A stretch of 63,719 nt of DNA, counting the filler, from Mitosporidium daphniae (Eukaryota): NCBI RefSeq assembly GCF_000760515.2. It is 6 parts of 6 records of this genome, joined end to end, with 100 filler letters (N's around TTAATTAATTAA, not from the genome) between each part and the next. Parts side by side here need not be neighbours in the genome. Positions count along the whole stretch, not along the records: positions 1 to 10,827 come from NW_013546691.1; positions 10,928 to 21,679 come from NW_013546690.1; 4 more parts are not named here. The stretch is one strand, 5' to 3'. Shown here piece after piece: positions 1-11,050 of this stretch. The position numbers were made by a program, and so were the translations under genes. How positions within the stretch are numbered: position 1 is the stretch's first letter; the number at the start of each line of letters is the position of its first letter. Below the pieces are notes generated by a model. The model had not been told where the DNA came from. It made no database searches and saw only the letters and a program-made list of their open reading frames with translations.

Positions 1-2378
1 CAACTTCCGATTGCTTCCATTTTGCCTTTTTAATGGCCGAAGGAAGCCAAGACTTTACAGGGAAAATGCGAACGCAAACCAATTCATTAAGGATCACATC
101 TGGAAGCGAAGATGCTGCATTGATGGCTTCTTGAATTGAACTTGTTGATGGAAGCAATATTCTTGGGAACGACATAGACTCTTTGGACCTTTTTGCGGAA
201 AAGATGAAAGAAGGAGGGAAATACTCCCCAACGGCCAGCGCAATAAAGATGTTAAGCAAATAGCAAATATGGCAGCCATTGATGATGAAAATTGGGATGT
301 TAAGCACTGGATTTTCGTTTTTTGAAGACACCACCAAATGCCAATTGGTAGCCTCCTGAAAGATCACCTTTGCCAACGTGGGTTCCATCGCATCGCCAGG
401 CTTCCAGCCAGAAGCACCATTAATGGATGCGTTTGAGGTTAGTTTAATCGAATCTTTGACGGATACCTCAAAACTGGAAAATGAAGATAAAAGGGATGAG
501 CGAACGGGATCGAAAGACACCGATCCCGATTGCGAATTGGATATTGGGATGCCCAGAATATCCCAGCTAATGTAGTTCTACGCAAAATTACAACAAACGG
601 TGTACCAATAGCCACGAAAGAATTGGCAACGAGTAATTTACAAAGTAGCTTTCGATTTCAGGAAAGAAGCAACCAATGGAAAACGAATACATAACAAATA
701 GAAAGCAATTGAGACCAAGAACGCCGACCAACGGACAGTCAAGCAGTTTCATATTAAGCGCGTCAAATATGTCATGACTAAAACAAAGCCTGTGGTTAAA
801 TATAGTGGTGGTTACCCAAAGCGCTTGCGGTCGGAACGCTTCGAAAATATTGATGGGCATCTTTGATGAAGAACGTCAAACATTTTTGCGGATGCAGAGC
901 TCGCGCTTGAAACGGTATATTTTGCGCCTGGGAAAATTGCAATGCAAAGATCTTACTTTTAAAAAGCACCGAATATGAGAATGACTTTTCCACCAATCCA
1001 CAGTTTTCATTGACCGTTTTTGAAATCATGGCTATGGATTGCGTAAAGTACACCGAAAATGTCTTTTGAATCCATGTTGAAAACAGACGGCGGTGACTTT
1101 CGGTCGAATTGACGGAAAGCTCTTCCATTATGACGACCAACTAAAGGCATTGAATATGTGATGCTGCGGTACCTTGCGGAACAGCTCTGAAAAGCTCCAA
1201 ATCTTTTGTATTATGGACGGGATGTGATCCTCTTGGATGACCAGCAAACTGCTTTTCAACAATTGGCATTGCTTTTGCTGGTAAGCGATAAGGGTAGAGA
1301 AAAAGGGGATTTTATCCTCCTCAATGAAAACATCGTCCAGTTTTGACGATATGATGTGGATAAGATCCTTTTTTCTGCCATCCAAGGCAAGCGAGGTCTC
1401 CATCAAAAGCGACGCGTACTTTTCTGCCGTCGCATGATCATGGTCAGCAAAATCATCACCGGCTTTGGACAGCGTCTTTTGGATCCAAAGCTGGATGAAC
1501 TTTATGTTTGAAAGCGAGTTTTCACAACATGTGCAAAGCTTGGTGATCAATTCGACCAAAGAAGCAGATTCGATTTGGTCTTTCATCTCAAGCACAAACC
1601 TCTTTTGGTTAGAAAAGGGAATGAAACTGTGCTCCAAAAGCAAAATGCTAGCGCAATTACAGGTTACATTTTGGTACCACGACACGAAATCTTCAAGAGG
1701 CTCTTCCGCTAATTGCGGTTCAAATAGCAAAAACCTTTCCAACGATTCAATGCAAGTTGTCATCTTTGCAATGGCAGGCGACAAATACTCTTCAGACACC
1801 CTCACCGATATGGAATGCAGGATCGGGTTCCAATTTCCTAATAGGGCATAAAATCCAGGCGCTTACTGCACTCCCCAAGTCGATGAATGGCTTTTTTTGA
1901 TTGCACAAGGATTTTCATGCTCTCCGAAAGCCGTGAACGTGCAATGGGGAACGAAATGCTCGGAACATTTTCGATCACGTCAATCAAAGATTCCAAGGCC
2001 TCATCCAAAAACGCATATCCGTCCACTTGAGCCTTTTGACGCTCAAGGTCAACAATTGCACTCTGGATATTTCGGATGTTTTCACTGAGACTCGTTGATT
2101 CCTGTTGTAGTTTGGAAAAAACGGCCTCCAATCCATCGTGGGGCTGTGTTTTGCACGTTCGGATTTCTTCCAGGGCTATTGAGATCAGTTGATGGATAAT
2201 ATTTCAAACCGGTCAGCACATCGGGCTCCTGAAAGAGCTCCTTTTGTTCGAGAATAATCGTGGATAGGCGCGCCTCCAGCTTTGAAATGTGCTGCTCAAC
2301 AGGAAGCGACAAGTGTGCCCCAAGCAGGTCCTTCATTACTTGGTGATCAAAATTTGGAGAGCACTTATCAGCATGCAT
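1..2378 (-). CDS. Large multi-exon alpha-helical protein, 3' end beyond contig edge; possibly a vesicle-tethering (CATCHR/COG-type) subunit
   Basis: ORFs 2082-2378, 1838-2131, 1128-1805, 796-1140 and 588-860 join in frame through ~26-34 nt GT-AG introns; N-terminal coiled coil. Family assignment is a weak inference. Confidence 0.55.
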
Positions 2379-2442
2379 GAAAAAGCAATTTTTCTAAATT
2401 TTGAAATTGATTTCAGTTTGGCCCAAACGAGCTAATTGTTGT

Positions 2443-2535
2443 AATTTTAATGAGCCCACCCGTCTCGGATTGCACACATTTTGAATTTTAATGAGCCTAC
2501 CCGTGTCGGGTTGCACACATTTTGAATTTTAATGA
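2443..2535. repeat. 41-bp tandem repeat (2 copies plus partial) between divergent genes
   Basis: AATTTTAATGAGCC(C/T)ACCCGT(C/G)TCGG(A/G)TTGCACACATTTTG at 2443 and 2484; third start at 2525 runs into the ATG at 2532. Confidence 0.9.
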
Positions 2536-4271
2536 AATTATCCGAGTCGCCGATTGCACAGATTTTGTTTCTCTTTGATATCTCGTGCGCCCAGCATGTC
2601 CTCTTTGACATGGGTCTTTTTGTGCAGATCATCCAATCTATCATCCTGCAGCTATCGTTTATCATAAATTCGGCTCTCATCAATATCATTGCAAAGGCAA
2701 TCGATCTCAAAATACCCCCGCCCATACTGAGGTATCGTTCAAAATGCTTCCATCCCATTCATACGGAACATGCCGAGTTGGGAAAACTCTTTTCATACAT
2801 AAAATCGATGATGCCAAAATCTCACGATCCATCTCCATATTCTTGGGACATTGTAAAGCTCTATTTGCTTCACGCATTTTCGGACTATCCATGGAGCCAC
2901 TCCTCGTCAGATTCTAGCCTCAAAATAATACTCCTGTTTTCCGATTGCTTTAACTCCATTGATTTGGTCCTCTTTTCCGATCTGCTGCCAGCATTCTCCT
3001 CTAATCAGGTAAAGCTAGCCATTGTTACGGACCACAATACGCCATTGCAGATTGAAGCGTTCAAGCCCTTCATTAGCCGATCTTCATTTTCCTCCTTGAC
3101 TGCAAACATTTCCCATCTATTTGGGATGGGGTTTCAGCCCAGTCCGCACCATCTCAAAAAGATAATTAAGCATCTTGAGAATCGAAAACGGGCTGCTTTC
3201 CTTGCCCATTCTGATGCAGCAGTGCGAAATTCCGATCCTCTTCAGAACATTGAAGACATTATTTCGGCAAATGATGTGTTTGCTGAGCTTGCAGATCTCA
3301 GAAGCCTTTTTGTTTCCATCCCAGGCCTGAAGCCGCACTCTTTTGAAAATTTTGTTCTTTTCACGTATTTTTATTTCTTATTTAGCGCCGCTTCTGACGA
3401 GCTGATCATACAGAGCTTAAATTTGACGCTTGATGCCTGCAATGATGGTCTTCTTCTCGAGTTTTTTTGCCTTTCCTCGGATTGCAGATCATTGTTGCTC
3501 GATGTTATCGAAAACGCCCACACAAAGCATCATAGATTGGCGCCACATCTTAGCGAAGGGCTGTTTGAATCAATTCATGCCCTTGCCACCTATTTTCGCA
3601 CAAAAAAGGCAATCAGATCTGATCCTCTTCTCCGGATCTTGTTCATTGTTAGTCCGTTAGGATGCCGCATTTTTTTGGGATACAAAGATTTGTATTCATT
3701 ATTGGAAGATCTGACGATCTCATTTCTAATATCGGGAGCCATCATGTGTGAAGATTCATGTCCATCTATGGAAAAAGACATTGAATTGCTACAAAAAGCT
3801 TTAAATTTTGCTCCAGGACATGATGGCCCACGTGGATGGAGCTCTGACCAATTATCCCAAATAAAAGAAGCTATATCGGAGATTTTCCAGAGTCCAGAGG
3901 ATATTTCTGAGCCCGAAATTATGACAACAGTCGCTTTGAATAGCGAGAATACACCGGCAGGTTCTTCTGCAGATATACAAAGCACGTCTTCACAGTCTTT
4001 CTTTACCGGACTTGGTGCCGCTAGCAGGCATTTTCTACAAACCCATTCTTCCCTTACGTCAATAGAAGTGTTAACTCCTGGGACCGTTGAAAGCGCTTGT
4101 GGAAGTTCATCCCAACCTATCAATACCGGGATTTTGGTGCACGAAACACCGACAAAGGAGTGCCCAAATACTTTCACACCAATGGCATTAAATTTGGACG
4201 ATGATCACAATATCGTTATTGCAGAGACTCCAAAAAAATTTATTTCCTGCAAGCGGTCTCTGCAATATTGA
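2532..4271 (+). CDS. 579-aa protein, candidate Treslin/TICRR/Sld3-like replication initiation factor
   Basis: Intronless ORF; N-terminal vWA-like start (QILFLFDIS ... KIILLFSDC); paired C-terminal CDK sites VHETPTK and IAETPKK 27 aa apart. Confidence 0.5.
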   Translation: MKLSESPIAQILFLFDISCAQHVLFDMGLFVQIIQSIILQLSFIINSALINIIAKAIDLKIPPPILRYRSKCFHPIHTEHAELGKLFSYIKSMMPKSHDPSPYSWDIVKLYLLHAFSDYPWSHSSSDSSLKIILLFSDCFNSIDLVLFSDLLPAFSSNQVKLAIVTDHNTPLQIEAFKPFISRSSFSSLTANISHLFGMGFQPSPHHLKKIIKHLENRKRAAFLAHSDAAVRNSDPLQNIEDIISANDVFAELADLRSLFVSIPGLKPHSFENFVLFTYFYFLFSAASDELIIQSLNLTLDACNDGLLLEFFCLSSDCRSLLLDVIENAHTKHHRLAPHLSEGLFESIHALATYFRTKKAIRSDPLLRILFIVSPLGCRIFLGYKDLYSLLEDLTISFLISGAIMCEDSCPSMEKDIELLQKALNFAPGHDGPRGWSSDQLSQIKEAISEIFQSPEDISEPEIMTTVALNSENTPAGSSADIQSTSSQSFFTGLGAASRHFLQTHSSLTSIEVLTPGTVESACGSSSQPINTGILVHETPTKECPNTFTPMALNLDDDHNIVIAETPKKFISCKRSLQY

Positions 4272-4942
4272 TTGCACACAAAAGAGCTCTTTTGGAGAGA
4301 CATTTTGTATTTTTTGGGGTTGAGGTTCGAGGCAAAACAGATGTGATGCGCCACCTTTTCGGGTGTCCACCAAGGGCCCGCTATATGTAAAATATTGTCC
4401 TCATAAAATTTAAAACGCAAATTTATGGCCGATGACACGCCGATAGATCCACTGTATCCGCTACAGGGCGAGGCCTTCGATGCAAAGTCATGGGAAATCT
4501 GCAGAATACTATCATCTCCAAGCTCAATGAAAAGGGAGGCATATGCTTTAGACATTTCTGAATCAAAACTTTGCGCCAATCTATTGCTTCAGTTGAGATA
4601 GCCCGGCCTCCAAACATTGCAAATAATAAAATCCGAAAGCTCAATAATATCGAGTAAGCAAATCAGCACTTCTGAAGAAGATTCGATGCAACTAACAATG
4701 GATGCAGTGTTGGGGCAGCATGGACGGGAGAGATATTTTGAAAATGAGTTTGAAAGAAATACTTGCTTCACCAGAAAAGGGGAAATGATATCCCTTGCCT
4801 CGACCATGATGCCAGAGTCCCTGATCTCGACCACAGAAAAAATGGAAAGCAAGACACCCTGATGCTCTGTGGCCTCAACAAGCTGCAAATTGGAAATTTC
4901 CAATTGCAATTGTTGTCTTATTTCGGAAGGGCCAACTTTCAT
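4205..4942 (-). CDS. Hypothetical protein, probably two exons
   Basis: Consecutive ORFs 4589-4948 and 4205-4579; no recognised motif; 3' end uncertain. Confidence 0.45.
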
Positions 4943-5008
4943 CCCCAAAAGGCAGGTGTAAAAGTTAATTTTATTGCAAAGAATTTATTTTTCCCCCGAA
5001 ACAAGTGG

Positions 5009-5607
5009 ATGCTGAAAACCTCTCGGCTTTTCCTTTCAACGGCTTTCAGACAGCACTCTGAAATCAATGCAGCAGCACCCAATGTGCTTTTAAAGCTCAG
5101 CTCTGAAGAGTCTCTTTTTGCTAAACGGCTTGGATTTTCAGTCGATGATTCGTCTTTTTCATGTAATCCAACCGATGGGTCAATTGTGAGTCCACATTTC
5201 ATTATCCAGACGTTAACGCACAAAACCTACAGGGATGGTACGGTACCCTGCAACGATAAATTAGTGCTGCTAGGTTTCAGTTATTGACATAATTTTAGGC
5301 CGAGCATTTTTTGAAACTTTGCCTGCTGCCAAGTATGTAGAAACTTTGAAGGATCCGGCCAAGATTTCCATCAAAGATCTTTTAGTTCAAAACCAAGGAA
5401 ATATATCGATGCAAAAGTGCATCTCTTTTCTTGACATTCCAGCGGTTGCCCGATGGGATATTGTACGATTATTGGTCTTTATTTTGATAGACAAAAACAG
5501 GAATTGCAAAAGTTGTTGCCGAGGAAACCATATATGCTTCCATTGGAGCTATTCTCCTGCGAAAAGGTGCCCAACAAGCGAGGGCATTTCTTTCTACTTT
5601 TGCATAG
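5009..5607 (+). CDS. MRPL15: Mitochondrial ribosomal protein mL57 (RNase III-like), 3 exons
   Basis: Presequence MLKTSRLFLSTAFRQ; LTHKTY..GTVPCNDKLVLLG and ETIYASIGAI..KG...ARAF motifs; two short introns. Confidence 0.65.
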
Positions 5608-5844
5608 AACATTTGATTTATTAAAGTTTTGATTACTGGCAAAGTTGATGGTCTTTCATGTACGCTCCTTCCGTCGATGACAGAATCATGTGTTGTAATG
5701 GCTGGGCATTGTGCAAATGCTCTTTTTCACGGTGTGGTCTAGTAACAAATTCCGAATAAAAAATTGGCGCAATTTGGTGGCACCACTCAAAATTTCATTG
5801 TGGCATCTAAATTAACTCTGCCGATGGCCCTATCAGTCATTTGT

Positions 5845-5925
5845 AGAAATTTCTCGAAGCACCAATTGTAATTGAATTCTGGAAAATTAAGGAAGTTACG
5901 TGAACTTTCCTTTGCATAATATAAA
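5845..5925 (+). promoter_or_regulatory. Heat shock elements plus TATA box of the small HSP gene
   Basis: Perfect GAAatTTCtcGAA (5846-5858); in-phase array TTC-GAA-TTA-GAA-TAC-GAA-TTC (5877-5909); TATAAA at 5920-5925; ATG at 5952. Confidence 0.85.
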
Positions 5926-5951
5926 TAGCGGGCACCACTTACGTTACCCAC

Positions 5952-6446
5952 ATGAATCCATTTGACCGATTCTTCAACACATTCTTTGACGATCTCGAAA
6001 CTTGGTGGCCAACATCCTCGATTTATCGCCCAGCATTGACGCAAGGATCGCAGACGGCAGGCCCTTCTCGCTCGCTGGTTCCATCCGCGTTTTCTGCGGA
6101 CTTTCCTCTTATCCGCTCGTCTGTTGGTCGCATTCGCACGGACTTTTTGGAGTTTCCGGATCACTTTGAAATGACCTCCGAATTGCCAGGTATTCCGAAG
6201 GATTCCGTCAAGATCACCCATGAGGGCTCCACATTGTACCTTGAGGCTGAAAAGAAGAGCGATAAGCGCGAGGAGCAAGAAAATTCCATCGTAACAGAGC
6301 GTTCTTATGGGCTCTACAAACGCTCGTTCACTGTGCCCGAAAATTGCAACTTGGATTCTGGAAAGGCGAGCTTCGAGGATGGGGTTTTAAAGATTGTCTT
6401 CCCAAAGCGCGAACCCACTGCTGCTCGCAAGCAGATCGAACTTTAA
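5952..6446 (+). CDS. Small heat shock protein (Hsp20/alpha-crystallin domain)
   Basis: ELPGIPKDSVKI, ERSYGLYKRSFTVP, ASFEDGVLKIVFPK and C-terminal QIEL (IXI-like); intronless. Confidence 0.95.
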   Translation: MNPFDRFFNTFFDDLETWWPTSSIYRPALTQGSQTAGPSRSLVPSAFSADFPLIRSSVGRIRTDFLEFPDHFEMTSELPGIPKDSVKITHEGSTLYLEAEKKSDKREEQENSIVTERSYGLYKRSFTVPENCNLDSGKASFEDGVLKIVFPKREPTAARKQIEL

Positions 6447-6610
6447 ACGTTCCGAATTTGATGAATGCAATAAATCTTCTTACTTGAATTGTCGTGGTAT
6501 TTGATTAAGAAATGGCGTTGCCGGCTGGGGCCGCCCCGCTGCCATATTGTGGTGGTCTCGCTCAAGGTCTGTATTGCAAATTTGCTTTTCAAATTTTTTT
6601 ACCTTTTGCC

Positions 6611-7437
6611 ATGGCTCGTCGTGATCGTCTGCTGTTCGTGCTTCCGGTTACATTTGCAATCCTTGGAACATGGCAATTATGCAGGCATTACGAAAAGAAA
6701 GAAAAATACGATCGGCTGAACAGAGCTTTGGCAACAGATTGTGATCCTGTTCTTGTTGATCGGAAATCTAAACTTCAGGGACTCACGGAGGGAGAACCTG
6801 TTATTTTACACGGGTATTTTGCCCTAACTCCCGTTCCAGGTTATTATGACATAGCCTTCTTGGGCCCAAGAATATCCCCGCAGGAGTCCACCAATCCCGG
6901 ATTGGGCTACCACATTATTAAGCCATTCAGGCTTTCTTTTGACGCTTCCCCGATTCTCCTCAATCTTGGTTGGGTATCCCGGGAGCTTTTTCTTACCGAA
7001 ACTGTTGCCACCGACGGTTCTTTTCATTCCTCAAAGTACGGCACAGATTTGGCATCAAGACTTGGGTTAAATGATGGCAAGTTGAGATCCCTGCTCGCTA
7101 TAGTGACCGAAAAAGACGAAAAGGTAGTCCGCTAATGCTACTAATATGATCATAGGTTCTCCCAGAATGGTATGGACCCGTTCAAAAGAAAACCGACATC
7201 TTTTTCTTTTACAGCCAGAAAAAAGAGTTAGGCGACGCTCTTGGTTTGGCCAGCGAACAGCCGTTTCTTTTCAAGGTCATTGACAGCGACGAGAGCTCGC
7301 CTCTGATGGTTCCAAACTCTACCGAGCCAGCGCGGATAGTCCCCCATTTGCAATACATGGCCACCTGGTTCGCATGCGTACTCATCCATAGGTATGTCCT
7401 TGCCGTGCTCACAGGTGCCGCTTGCCTTTGTCTTTGA
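6611..7437 (+). CDS. SHY1: SURF1/Shy1 cytochrome c oxidase assembly factor, 3 exons
   Basis: TFAILGTWQ, GYHIIKPF, ILLNLGWV and HLQYMATW motifs. Confidence 0.85.
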
Positions 7438-7618
7438 GATGATGCATGGTGTGGTGTGGCATGGTATGGCATGCGAATCTTATAGCATCCATTGCACAGG
7501 GATCACTATTGCTTTCACTCATTTCACACGTGCCACAGCATTTAACGACACCATGCATGTAGCGCCTGATACAACCGTCCATCGTTTATTAGTGAACGCA
7601 CCGCTGGCGGTGTTAGGC

Positions 7619-8751
7619 TCATAAGAAGTATTCGAGAGATGGTCGCCGGACAGGAGGATTTCGTGGATCCTAAAAGGATGAGTATGGCTACCTACCGCAG
7701 CCGCAGCATTAAATATCTTGAAGGTGCGCTCCATTGTCTCAGATATCTCCATAATTGCAGCCACATTCCCGCATCTAAAATGAGGGGTGTTGAGGGTAAC
7801 CGATAACAGTAGTTCGGTGCGCTCCAGACTGTGGTCACTGTGCCGCCAAACTGGCATTTATAGCCCTCCATGACGAGCTGGTGTGCTCGTGCCATGCCAT
7901 CAAGCGAGTTTTCGTGGAAAAATTTGACGGCCACATCTTCACCAAAAAGGTATCCCGCTCCACGAGGCGATAATGTCCATTCCGAAACACTGTCTTCTGG
8001 ATCTGACCAAAGAAGATCGCACATGGGGCCATCGTGCGGGATCTCCTGCCGCCGGTCCAGCATCCTTATCTAGCAATTGGCGATCAGGATGTGTTACCTC
8101 GTCCAGAGAGGAAATGGATGGGGAGAGCCCGCCATGAACACCTAGATACGATTGTTCGATGAGCGCTCCAAGGCTCATATAGTCAAATAAATCACAGCAA
8201 AGACGCCAAACCATCGGCGAGCCGTATTTGCGGATGCATTCGTCATAGAAGCCGTAAATCTGTGTGATTTGCCGCGACTCGTGGTTGCCCCGTACCAGTG
8301 TAACGTGATTCGGGTATCGCAGCTGATAATGAGGACGAAAATATACCTTAACGATCATTAAAGGACGGCGATACCTTATATGCCACCAGCAGTAGCAGCG
8401 TCTCGATAGAGTTGTGGCCCCGGTCTACAAAGTCGCCCAAGAATAGGTAGCGCGTCGTAGGAGGATATCCTCCAATTTTGAATAATTCTTTGAGGTCTGA
8501 AAACTGACCATGGATGTCTCCACAGACGGTCACTGGCGCAGGAATTGATTGTATGTTACCCTCATCAATGAGGATATCCCGTGCCGCATAGCACATATGC
8601 CGCACCTCATCCTCTGTGGGCAACTGGTCATTGAGAAGGCCCTCGATCATCCTAAGAACAATAAGACAAAATATAATGAAGGCAACAAGCGAAATCAAGG
8701 CATAAGGGTGACTCAAATGGTCGATGCGATGGGCTACCTCTCTGGGTCCAT
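7619..8751 (-). CDS. PPH3: Protein phosphatase 4 catalytic subunit, 6 exons
   Basis: [49 protein letters not shown] and C-terminal YFL; first exon MDPER with intron 8652-8737. Confidence 0.9.
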
Positions 8752-8860
8752 TGAAATTAAAATGCAAATTGTCAATTTATTAAATACCCCAATTGAGGGC
8801 AACAAGATGAATCGTCCCCACTGACCAATCGGTATATAGTATACCGTGGATATGCTAGCA

Positions 8861-10827
8861 CTATAAGTCACGTTGGCGGGACTTTTGGGCTCTTTGGGCT
8901 TTCCAGTCCAGAAAATCACCATTCCAAAAGCTCTGTGGCAAGGATCGTTCGATGGTTGATGCAAATGGATCTGTATTTGTGGTGAGCACATACTCTATCG
9001 AGAGCCCACTTGTGATAAACTTTAGGGTCGGCTCGTCTACAGCCTGCTCGTAAAGTTTTTGAGAGCGCTCAAGCTGCTGATAGATAGGGTGTGTATGATC
9101 TTCTGCTTTAGGAATACGGACGTCATTTTTGGCTGCCGGTGAAGCTGTTATCTTTGCACGGGATGGAGTTGTTATTTTTGCAATAAAGGAATAAATTTCT
9201 GCAGAATTTTCAACATCAAACAGAACCCACAGGTCGCAAACATTCGGAGAATCATAGCGAGTCCCGTGAAGGACATCAGCAGCCAAGTTGCTTCTTTTGC
9301 ATACATTCCCATCCGCGGTTTCGTATGCGTAAACATCGGCACCAATGTGGCCTCCTTGATGTTGTTCAGTTACAGCAGAAGTTTCTCCCTTACAGATGGC
9401 CGATTGCAGCCTTTCGTAAAGCTCCTTGCGGGGAATACCTTGCTGAAGGATTTCTTTCAAAATTTTCCTGTCAGTCAGCGTCTCCAGAAGCGAGATTTCA
9501 TCATCAGAATCAATATCGGCAAGCACCTTATTGAGTCGCATTTTGAGAAGTTGTCTGGAGTCTGGAGATAAAAATACAAGCAGATCTATGGGAAAAAATT
9601 GCAAAACATACTTTTCGGTGTCAAGTCCTCCAGAAAAAGTCTCTTGATGTCAAAAGCTAAAGCGGAGAGACTGTTTGAAGTGTGCGATATTACATCCTTT
9701 GATGCTTGCGCATAATGGAAAAATGTGTCGTCTTTTTCTTCAATTTTGCGAATCAGATCTTTCGAAAATGGTGGGAATAGCTCAACATAGTTGTAGGAAA
9801 TATCCATTTCGGTCTTGTTAGGATAACGCCCAATCACCTTTGAGGGCTCCAAAAGACCCGAAAAAAGCCGATCAAACGAAATTTCGATGTCTAAAGGGAT
9901 GCCGTCGGCAGCATCAATCAAACGGTCTGTGACTCCGGATGAATAAAGCGCCGACCACTGCACATATTTTCTAAACGTAAAACGAAGAAATAAGCTACCC
10001 TTCGTTGGAAACATAAAACTTTACAGTAAAATCAGAAATGCTCTCCTTAATTGACAAAGACTTTTCAATGGCCAAATCGTCAGCAGATAGAAGCGGAAAA
10101 TACTCTTTTGTTGGTGACTCGAACCCGTCATCGGTGGTGTTTCCAATTGTGTAAAAAAAGGAAAATGGCCAAACAGAGGTAGAATGCCGAAAGTTTTTCT
10201 TTTGCTTGTACTTATAAAGATACTCTTTTGCCTTTTCACAGGAGCCAAGAATGCTGGCTTCCTCGTTATTTCTTGAAATGAGCTTTCCCTTGATATTTAA
10301 CGATTTCAATGTTTTGCGAATGCTATCGACAACAAAAGACATTCTGGTTCCGCCACCAATCAAGAAAACGGTATCAACATTCTCCGTTTTTGTAAAAGAC
10401 CTCAGAAGATGCTCAATTGGCTGTGTAGTTTTGTACAAAATAGAGCCCATCTTTGACACAAATTCTTCTTTCGAAATTGTGGCCGAAAATGTCTCTATAC
10501 CTGGAAGAGGTGAAAATACTTCAATGCTAGCCCTGGAAATTGAAGATAAAATCTCCTTAGCTTCAACAGCCTTTTCATTAATTACACCAAACAATCCAAA
10601 AAGATAATTCATCGCGGTATCGTTGAGGCATTTAAAAGCCTCGCCAGTAATACGATTAATCGAAGAGTTGGACCAATTTATCTTCGGGCTGAGTTTCAAA
10701 AGCTCCTTCAAGTGACAGTCGACGAATTTTTTCCAAATTATCTCTTGCAGAATGAGATCAAAGTGAAGCGCACCCGCAGAAAGGCTCGATTTGGAGCCAA
10801 GAACATTGATTGAGTTTGATTCATCGT
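8861..10827 (-). CDS. Divergent Hsp70-superfamily protein (Lhs1/Grp170- or Hsp110-like), 5' truncated
   Basis: INVLG..AGALHFDLIL, VEAKEILS, VFLIGGGTRM and NNEEASILG; two short introns join three ORFs; 3' end uncertain. Confidence 0.7.
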
Positions 10828-10927
10828 NNNNNNNNNNNNNNNNNNNNNNNNNNNNNNNNNNNNNNNNNNNNTTAATTAATTAANNNNNNNNNNNNNNNNN
10901 NNNNNNNNNNNNNNNNNNNNNNNNNNN
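10828..10927. other. Artificial contig linker
   Basis: N44-TTAATTAATTAA-N44, stops in all six frames. Confidence 0.98.
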
Positions 10928-11050
10928 CCAACAATGCTTCGAAACTGCTAATAGAGCACCAAATGGACTACTTAATTATAGGTGCACATGAAAAGAGAAT
11001 TTGACCTTTCAAGCCAATTCCCATGGCAAACACCTAAAAAGATAATTTTA

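Noticed and set aside
5691..5702. TGTTGTAATGGC resembling the fungal SRP RNA 5' end
   Set aside because: No helix-8 motif downstream.
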